Assembly: GCA_964016885.1 (NCBI GenBank)
Contig: OZ024753.1
Location: 25,544,001 to 25,608,000 of the forward strand
Direction of reading: 5' to 3'
DNA length: 64,000 nt
From: Eledone cirrhosa
Taxonomy: Eukaryota
Position numbers and translations under genes: made by a program. Each line of letters starts with the position of its first letter. The stretch's first letter is position 1. Under the pieces are notes generated by a model that was not told the DNA's origin, did no database searches, and worked only from the letters and a program-made list of their open reading frames with translations. Below are positions 54,556-64,000 of this stretch, in pieces.

Positions 54556-55205
54556 GTGTATATATATGTATGTATATGTGTATATATATGTATGTATATG
54601 TGTATATATATGTATGTATATGTATATATATATATATGTATGTATATGTATATGTGTATATATATGTATGTATATGTATATATATATATATGTATATATA
54701 TATGTATGTATATGTGTATATATATGTATGTATATGTATATATATATATGTGTATATATATGTATGTATATGTATATATTTATGTATATATGTATGTATA
54801 TGTATATATATATATGTATATGTGTATGTATATGTATATATATATATGTATATATGTATATATATGTATATATGTATATATATGTATATATGTATGTATA
54901 TGTATATATATATGTATATATATGTATATGTATATGAATATATATGTATATGTATATATATATGTATATGTATATGTATATGAATATATATGTATATGTA
55001 TATATATATGTATATGTATATATATATGTATGTATATATATATGTATATGAATATATATGTATATGTATATATATATGTATGTATATATATATGTATGTA
55101 TATATATATATATGTATATGAATATATATGAATATATATATATATATATATGTATATGAATATATATGAATATATATATATATATATGTATATGAATATA
55201 TATGT
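54074..55205. repeat. (TA)n/(TATG)n microsatellite
   Basis: Directly visible. Confidence 0.97.
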
Positions 55206-56480
55206 ATTGTTATATTTGGGGAGGGTCATATTTGCGTAATATTGCCAGAATTAATAACAGAACACACTCACTGTTTGGTTGGTTTTCGCTTCTCGCTGTC
55301 TTTCATATATATATATCTGCGATCTAACTTACTCGGTCCTCAATGTTGCCATTGACTGACCGGCGGTCAAAAATAATACAGATACAATATAGACAAACAC
55401 ATATATATATAGTTTACATAATTTACATAAATCTTTCGTTGCACATCTGCAACATCGTCAGTGGTGTTATATTCATTGTTCCTCCTGTTGTGTTGTATGT
55501 CTACGCCATTTTTTTTTTTTGTGTTCAGTCTGTCTATATATTTATTTATTTGCTTGTTTGTTTATCTTATTTTATTTTGTCTTCTTTGCGCATGCGTTTG
55601 CGTGTGTGTATAGTGTTATGTGTGATGTGTGACTAGTGTGTATAGTGTTGTGTCTGCTGGGTGACTAGTGTGTGTTTATGTGCTTGCGTATGTATTTATT
55701 TATCTTATTTTATTTAATTTAATTTACTTATTTATTTATACTTCTCTTAGGTCAGTGTTGTTTGTTTGGGTGTTGTTGTTGTTCCACTCATTCTTTCTGT
55801 TTAGCCAAAGCTAAACAGAAAGAATGAGTGGAACAACAACATCACCCAAACAAACAACACTGACCTAAGAGAAGTATAAATAAATAAGTAAATTAAATTA
55901 AATAAAATAAGATAAATAAATACATACGCAAGCACATAAACACACACTAGTCACCCAGCAGACACAACACTATACACACTAGTCACACATCACACATAAC
56001 ACTATACACACACGCAAACGCATGCGCAAAGAAGACAAAATAAAATAAGATAAACAAACAAGCAAATAAATAAATAAATATATAGACAGACTGAACACAA
56101 AAAAAAAAAAAAAAATGGCGTAGACATACAACACAACAGGAGGAACAATGAATATAACACCACTGACGATGTTGCAGATGTGCAACGAAATATTTATGTA
56201 AATTATGTAAACTATATATATATATGTGTTTGTCTATATTGTATCTGTATTATTTTTGACCGCCGGTCAGTCAATGGCAACATTGAGGACCGAGTAAGTT
56301 AGATCGCAGATATATATATATAAAAGACAGCGAGAAGCGAAAACCAACCAAACAGTGAGTGTGTTCTGTTATTAATTCTGGCAATATTACGCAAATATGA
56401 CCCTCCCCAAATATAACAATATCTGTTTCGACACACGATTTCATATAAAAAACCTCGCAAAACTAATTCATCGCCGCTAT
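55206..56480. mobile_element. Long fold-back PLE pLTR (~600-bp near-identical arms)
   Basis: Centre TTAGC-CAAA-GCTAA at 55801-55814; same family as 13430-13980; hammerhead cores at ~55427-55461 (-) and 56163-56197 (+); ~60-nt tail on the right. Confidence 0.92.
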
Positions 56481-56513
56481 AATATATATGTATATATATA
56501 TATATATGAATAT

Positions 56514-56545
<32 letters not shown>

Positions 56546-56561
56546 GAATATATATGTATAT

Positions 56562-56595
<34 letters not shown>

Positions 56596-56601
56596 GTATA
56601 T

Positions 56602-56635
<34 letters not shown>

Positions 56636-56644
56636 GAATATATA

Positions 56645-57208
56645 TCATCATCATCATCATCATCATCAGGTTTAGCGTCCGTGTTCCACGCTTGCATGGG
56701 TTTGGACGGGGGTTTTCCCACTTGAGGCAAGAGTGGTTGTCTTGCTCGCATAGGACTGTCTGGCGGGTTTTCTACAGTTGGATGCCCTTCCTAACACCAA
56801 CCACATTTACAGTGTGGGGCTGGGAGGTTTTTACCGTGTTGCCTACACGGCCACATTACAGCGTGGACTGTCTGGCGGGTTTTCTACAGCTGGATGCCCT
56901 TCCTAACACCAACCACATTTACAGTGTGGGGCTGGGAGGTTTTTACCGTGTTGCCTACACGGCCACATTTACAGCGTGGACTGTGTGTTTTTTGTCGTGA
57001 CACCTACACGATCTCATTTGTTTCGGCCTGGATGTTGTGGGACCAACATAACTTTACATTGAAAGGGGCGGTGTGGAGGGACGGGGGTGTGTTAGAGGTG
57101 CCTACTGACTGTAGTAGGTTTTTACTTTGTATTTAGGTAAGGCGGGTCTTCTCTATTACTGAGTACCGCCAAAGGTCTCGGTCCAGTGACATTGTCTTGG
57201 AGAGGTGT
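56645..57208 (-). mobile_element. RTE LINE 3' end with internal tandem duplication
   Basis: Matches 51078-51535; ~110-bp block duplicated at 56753-56980. Confidence 0.88.
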
Positions 57209-57218
57209 GTATATGTAT

Positions 57219-57252
<34 letters not shown>

Positions 57253-57353
57253 ATACATGGATATATGTACATAAATATATATATGTGTATATGTATATAT
57301 ATATATATACATATATATGTACATATATATATATATATTTATATATGTGTATA

Positions 57354-57385
<32 letters not shown>

Positions 57386-57482
57386 CATATATACATATAT
57401 ATATACATATATATACATATACATATATATATACATATATATACATATACATACATATACATATAATATATACATATATTAC

Positions 57483-59178
57483 AATAACTGGAATTTCTTA
57501 CGTGACAACTTACTGCAGGCTACTGATGAAACTTGTGGCTGGAGCAAAGCTCCAACCAGACAGAGGGTGACCTGGTGGTGGAACAGCACAGTAGATAAGG
57601 CCATTGGAGACAAAAGACTCGCATGGAAGGCTTGGAAAAAGGGTGGGTGTATAGAAGGATATACATCCGCTAAGAGAGAAGCTAGACGTCAGGTGTACTT
57701 AGCACACAGGGAGGCTGAGAGTAGGAGGTTTGCCAATGTTCTGCGACGATCAGAGGCGTGCGGTGTTCCACATTGCAAGGCAGTGTGTCAATGCAAATCA
57801 GGATGTTGTTGGAGATAAATGTGTCCGGAATGATGCTTGGTGTACTTAGTGTCACGAATGATTAGAAAAAGGAGGCCTGGAAATGTCATTATGAGAGACT
57901 GATGAATGTGGAGAACGAATGGGAGAGAGATAAATTACCCTCAGTAGATCCGACAGAGGGACCAGCTATTGAGATTGACGAATATAGGGTCCAAGAGGCG
58001 ATTAAGGAAATGAAAAATGGTAAGGCTGCTGGACCATCGGGAATAGTTGCTGAGATGCTGAAGGCATCAGGGGACGTAGGCACTAAACTGCTTGCACGCA
58101 TCATCAATCAGGCTATATACGGTGGTGTCATACCCAAAGACTGGTGCAGCAGTATTCTCATAAATTGTTAGAAAGTTAACGGGGATACTCTGTAGAGGAG
58201 CAATTATAGGGGTATAAAACTGATGGATCAGGTTATGAAAGTAGCAGAAATGATATTAGCACAACTAATTAGAGAAAGGGTCAAACTAGATGAGATGCAG
58301 TTTGGTTTTGTGCCTGGGAAGAGTACAACAGATGCTCTCTTCTTGGTGAGACAATGGCAAGAGAGGTTCTTAGAGAAAAATAAGCCACTATGCTTAGCCT
58401 TTGTTGACCTAGAGAAGGCCTTTGATAGGTTCCCCGATCTGTCATCTGGTAGTCCCTAAGGAAACTAGGTGTTGAGGAATGGCTTGTGAGGACAGTGCAA
58501 ACTTTGTACAGACGTACTGTCAGTAAAGTCAGGGTAGGAATGGAGTTTAGTGAGGAATTCCAGATACAAGTAGGAGTACATCAAGGTTCGGTCCTCAGCC
58601 CGCTCTTGTTCATTATAGTCCTTCAAGCCATAACAGAGGAGTTTAAGACTGGCTGGCCATGGGAACTTCTCTATGCTGACGATCTGGTTCTTATAGCGGA
58701 ATCAGTAGAGGAGCCAGAGAATAAATTCTGGCTATGGAAACAGCAGTTGGAAGCAAGAGGACTGAGAGTGAACCTAGCTAAGACAAAAGTGTTGATGAGT
58801 AGAAAAGAGGACAAAACTCTGACTCCGTCAGGGAAATGGCCATGTTCGATATGCAGAAAAGGAACTGGCATAAATTCTATAAAATGCACACAATGCAGAT
58901 CCTGGGTTCACAAGAGATGCAGGGGGTATTTCCGAGGCCGTAGTATCTAGAATAAGGACGAGTTGGAAGAAGTTTAGGGAGCTGCTTCCTCTGCTGACGA
59001 AGAAAGGTTTCTCCCTGCGTACGAAAGGCCGGTTATATGATGACTGTGTGAGGAGCGCGATGCTGCATGGTAGTGAGACATGGGCAGCAACTGCAGAGGA
59101 TATGCAACGGCTGGAGAGAAATGAGGTAAGCATGCTCCGTTGGATGTGCAATGTCAATGTGCGTGAACGACCCAGCAT
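57483..59178 (+). mobile_element. Decayed RTE LINE (same subfamily as 34214-36727)
   Basis: RVTWWWN, KAAGPSG, QFGF, LLYADD, KWPCSIC, HGSETWA. Confidence 0.93.
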
Positions 59179-59695
59179 CGTATACCTTTCTGTCAGATGA
59201 TTGAATGTATGAAAGTATATACTTTCCTTATGCATATTAATGGCTGAGAAGCCTAATTTGCATATCGAGTGAGTTTCAGTATGCCCGGCCGACTAACTCA
59301 CTCGATGTGCAAATTAGGCTGCTCAGCCGTTAATATGCATAAGGAAAGTATATACTTTTAAACGTTCAATCATCTGACAGGAAGGTATACGATGCTCACG
59401 ATAGCCAATAATCTTGAAACTAGTACATCGTTCCCGTGACAGTGTTGAACAAAAGGGTAACGATGGTTGCCGAGCACTGTATGGCGTAATTCGGGCTGTT
59501 TGTTTACAAACAATCCGAACATTATAATAAATGTTCGGTAAACCCATACGTACATATATATATGTGTGCATGTATGTATATATATACATACTACTGTGCG
59601 TCTTTACACATATATGTATGTACGTATACTTTCTTATATTTAGGTATCAGCCGTACTAAGAGTGAGAAATGAAATTTCGTTTCATTCTTTTCTAT
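59172..59695. mobile_element. Retrozyme-like family A, diverged fold-back copy
   Basis: Short minus arm 59172-59275 and plus arm 59284-59695; hammerhead core mutated (CTCACGA) but stem I reads ACGATG/CATCGT. Confidence 0.8.
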
Positions 59696-60520
59696 TCTAT
59701 ATATATATATTACAGTGTACTTGCAAATTATTCAGGTTTCGACAAATGCAGTAAAAAAAATATTGAAAAAAGAAGTTAGAATCTGTAAAATACAAAACGT
59801 CCTGTCCCACATGAATTTGTATCACCCGATGTAAGGGAGAAAACTCGTATTGCTATTATTATTTTTCTGATTTATCTCAACCTCCAGAATACCAGATTAT
59901 ATCTTCCACAAAACATAAGTGCCTCTAATGTGAGTGGGGAACCGATTGACTGCATAAAATGTGGTTCCACTGTCATCGTGTTTATATATATATAATAATA
60001 TTTATATTTATATATGTTTGATACAACTATAAATATGGAGGGTAGTACTAAGTATTAGCCGGTTACCGGTATGTCAAAAGGCTCAATGCAAATTTTCAAG
60101 TGTTTTACAGATCCGAGATACAAAGTGTTAAAACGATCATTTATTTCAACTGCATTATAACTCTTTCCTCATACATGCATTATTGACTGTATTGACTCCT
60201 GCATTGTACACCAATTGTCCTTGCTTATAATTTCTTTGTCTGTGTTTTTTTGCTTGTGCTTTTTGCTTTTACTTTTACTTACACTTCCAACCAGTGCTGC
60301 CTGTAATTGTTTATTTCAAGCGGAACATCTTTTTAACTCCTGAATCTCCACATGTTGCCTTTGACTCTAATAACATTTATGTACCCTAAATGTTCTAAAT
60401 GACTAGGATTCTAGTTACATGTTTTCGACATTCCTTATGCTCCGATGATTCCAGACTTCCCTCTGGAAGAAACAATTGTCAGCTAATAAATGTTCTAAAC
60501 TAAAATTTGATCATTTTAAC

Positions 60521-60558
<38 letters not shown>

Positions 60559-60593
60559 GACGTTAAACGATGATATATATATATATATTTGTG

Positions 60594-60630
<37 letters not shown>

Positions 60631-60884
60631 ATATATATATGTGTGTGTGTGTATATATATATGTGTGTGTGTGTATATATATATATGTGTGTGTGTGTAT
60701 ATATATGTGTGTGTGTGTATATATATATGTGTGTGTGTGTATATATACATATATGTGTGTGTATATATATATATATGTGTGTGTGTGTGTACACACCAAC
60801 GAAGTTATATACCGGTACAATAACCCTGTACCTTATACTGGATTTGAATGAACTATTTTTGATAATGGGATAGAAAGTGAATGG

Positions 60885-61095
60885 AAGAGAGAGAGAGAGA
60901 GAGAGAGTGGGGTAAGGTCAGAGAGAGAGGGAGGGGTAAGGTGAGAGAGAGAATTGATAAGGTGAGAGAGAGGGAGTGAGGTGAAAGAGAGAGGGGATAA
61001 GGTGAGCGAGAGGGGCGGATAAGGTGAGAGAGAGTGGGTAAGGTGAGAGAGAGGGAGAATGGGTAAGGTGAGAGAGAGAGAGAGGGGGTAAGGTG
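60885..61095. repeat. GA-rich repeat with GGTAAGGTGAGAGAG units
   Basis: Directly visible. Confidence 0.85.
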
Positions 61096-61519
61096 CTTGG
61101 TTTTGTTTTTGCTTGTTATTTTCTATAGTATTTTGACATTCTATTTTTGAAATAAATTAATTTGAATTCAGTTAAAATGTTTTTGTTTTTACAATATTTT
61201 AAATTTATGAAAATAAAAAAATATTTTGAAAAAAAGAAAAAAAAAAGAAAAGAAAAACTCCATTCAAAAAATTGTTGAGAAGAAGTCTTAGGAACTGGGC
61301 CGAGAATCTGGATAATCTCCATTGTAGTTAATACATTAGTTTGATTTGGAACAGTCATTAGAGTGTTGGATAATTGTCTAAAACTATCATCAAATAACAA
61401 TGGAATGGTTACTGTGCATCACTCTAGGTTGGGCAGCTTTCAACAGGAACAAGGAAGTACTAACATGAAAACAAGTTCCCTATCATTTGAAGGCTAAGAT
61501 CTTTGATACTTACATCCTA

Positions 61520-61930
61520 CCAGTTGTGTTATATGGTCCTGATTGTGTTAATTGGGACAAGGTTACTTCAGAAGCTCTCTACATTCCAGAACCACATTAT
61601 GAGACTTATGACTGGCAAGCGGCTCAGCGACCGTATCTGTATCAGTGAGCTGCTCAACATTACCAGACTTAGACCAATTACATCAATTGTCAAGTCAAGA
61701 GTACTCAAACTATACGGTGATATAAAAAGATCAACTCGTGCTGTGAGTAGGCTATGTCTGGAAGGAATGTTGGCTGGAAAGAGAAGCCAAAATGATGGCC
61801 TGATAATGTCAACCTATGGACTGGACTGGATCTTTGCTCTTTAAACTCTGCTGTTGGTGACTAAACTTTGTAGAGAGAGATATTACATGTTAATGCGCAG
61901 TCTGCAACTAGTGGAGTTTAGCGTCACAAG
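61520..61930 (+). mobile_element. Old LINE ORF2 C-terminal fragment (RTE-like)
   Basis: LQKLSTFQNHIMRLMTGKRLSDRI..LKLYGDIKR..LEGMLAGKRS. Confidence 0.6.
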
Positions 61931-62004
61931 AAAGATAATTGTTTCACTTCTCTGCTCTCTGTGTTCAAATTTTGCCAAGGTATACTTTTCTTTTCATCAT
62001 AAAT

Positions 62005-62132
62005 GGGTTTAGGTGGAACAAGCTAACATTTAAAGGAAGGGGTTTAGGTGGAGCAAGCTACTGTTTAAAGGAAGGGGTTTAGGTAGAACAAGGTACAGTT
62101 TAAAGGGAAGGGTTTAGGTGGAACAAGCTAAC
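62005..62132. repeat. ~35-bp tandem repeat
   Basis: GGTTTAGGTGGAACAAGCTA..TTTAAAGGAAG x~4. Confidence 0.8.
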
Positions 62133-63454
62133 GTCTCACAAAACAGGGACCTTAAATAATCACCATTATCATCATCATACATCAATTTTACATGGGATCA
62201 CTGGTGTTGGTCTGTGTCAGTAAACATTATACAGCGAAGGTTGTGAGTTTCAATAAGGTTTTTATACTGTGGAGGAGAAACGGAATCTCTCTTTTTTAAG
62301 GAATAAAAGACGTCTCTTGCTCGATGTGACTGGGGTCATTCTAGGTCAGTAGGCCATTGCGTGGTGATGGGACTTTCATAGATCCAGGATAGGGGTCATT
62401 CTAGGTCAGCAATCCCAGCAGGCCATGACGTGGTGAAGGGACTTCCATAGATCCAGGATAGCACTACTATCTGGAGCTTTGCTATTGGTAGAGCCACTCT
62501 AAGTGGGACGGTCTCGTGAGTAAGTTCCAGACCAACAGTGACCCACAGTGTGTCAAATCACCACCAAGATGGCAGCTCCACCCCCAGACTATTCTACAGA
62601 GGATCCACCCAGAAGAACCACAGCTTTGTACAGCTTCTACCTCTTTGTCTTCATCACCCCCTCGCCATCTCTACTGTTGCTATCTTCACATGTTTTATCA
62701 CAAATCATTTCATTTATTTAGTAACCTTTCCTAGTCTAAAAACGCTTCACACTACGTCTGGTGCAAGGGAAGTAACTCTACTTGCTTATTTTTTACACAT
62801 GTGATTATTTCCCTTGTATAGCAATAGTATAAACCAGGATTTACTTTTTATAAACGTTATTTATCGTGTTGTTGTTGTTGTTGTTGTCGTTGTTGGTGTT
62901 GTTGTTTGTTTTGTTTGTTGTTTGTTTGTGTTGTTGTTATTTGTGTTTTTGTTGCTTGTGTTGTTGTTTGTGTTGTTGTTGTTTGTGTTGTTTTTGTTTG
63001 TGTTGTTGTTACTTGTGTTGTTGTTTGTGTTGTTGTTTCATACCAAATGAGATTCTGTATTTTATCGTCGTTCTTTTATTATAATCTCGTCTCATTAAAT
63101 GTCTGACAATAATTAGCAGAAATATCTCCCCACGGGTAGAAACCGCAGCTGCAGCATATCGACAATATGTCCCCACCCTTCAACTGTAAAGTGGTCGTGT
63201 AGGTGTCTCGGTAGAGAAGCACTCAGTAAATGAGGTTGGTGCTAGAAAGGGCATCCAGCTGTAGAAACCAACCCCAAATCAGTTCCTGTATAAGCAAGAC
63301 AAGGTCACTTGACCTGGCATTGCCCACAACAGGACAACCCCTCTAACCCATGCTAGCGTGGAAGAATGGACGTAAAACGTTGATGATGATGATGATATAT
63401 TCTACAGAATGTAACGTAAATTTTTACCTCCATACCAAACTTACATTCATAATA

Positions 63455-63866
63455 ATTGTTTCTACTTTTGGCACAAGGCCATCAATTATCTCAGTGTATT
63501 ACTGGTACTTTATTTTATTGACCCCGTAAGGATGAAAGGCAAAGCTAACCTCGGTGGGATTTGAACTCAGGACGTAAAAAACCGTAACTCGATGCCACAA
63601 AGCATGTTGTCCGGCGCTCTACCGATTCTGCCATCGTCAAACAATCATAATAATTCTTTCTTTATTTTATTATTATTTGACGGTAATTGGCAGTATCGGT
63701 AGAGGGTCGGACGCCATGCTTTGACGCATAGAGTCACGGCCCTTGCCATTCTGAGTTCAAATCCCGCCGAGGTTAACTTTGCCTTTCATCCTTCTGGGGT
63801 CGATAAAATAAAGTACCAGTAATGCATTGGGTAATTGCTGGCCTTGTGCCAAAAGTAGAAACAATT
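63455..63866. mobile_element. Head-to-head pair of Meta-domain-like SINEs
   Basis: 63455-63633 on minus and 63684-63866 on plus, mutually complementary bodies. Confidence 0.82.
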
Positions 63867-64000
63867 ATTATTTGACGGTAGCCTACTTCATTTAAATATT
63901 TCTATCAAATATTTTATTGTAATTATATCTTAAACATACATATTTATGTGTGTGTATATAATGTGTATATAATGTTTTAGAGCAGTACTGCCACTTCTGC

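Noticed and set aside
59711-60830. Possible Tc1/mariner-type ends (TACAGTG..., ...ACCCTGTA)
   Set aside because: The ends are not matching inverted repeats and no transposase motif was found
62331-62461. Two ~62-70 bp direct repeats
   Set aside because: Simple local duplication with no further structure or homolog in the window

Overview
Eukaryotic, AT-rich and repeat-dominated window. The SINE/RTE repertoire and very large (TA)n arrays suggest a cephalopod (octopus-like) genome; this is an inference. The only host gene I can support is the last two coding exons of an SLC25A35-like mitochondrial carrier (38887-39105, 40894-41205, + strand). The rest is transposon-derived: two decayed Gypsy LTR elements, many RTE LINEs, an R4/Dong-like RLE retrotransposon, CRE- and CR1-like fragments, tRNA-derived SINEs, Helitron/HINE-like elements and LINE-derived minisatellites. 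The most notable unannotated signal is a dense set of more than 15 complete or partial type I hammerhead ribozyme motifs, nearly all in elements embedded in (TA)n tracts. They occur in (i) Penelope-like element (PLE) 3' ends that repeatedly form asymmetric fold-backs, several sharing a tail hairpin, and (ii) two small non-coding, partially tandem families (~417 nt with an octamer motif; ~314 nt with a U3-A8 variant core) that look like retrozymes. All pairings were read by eye; no folding or database search was run, and repeat boundaries are approximate.
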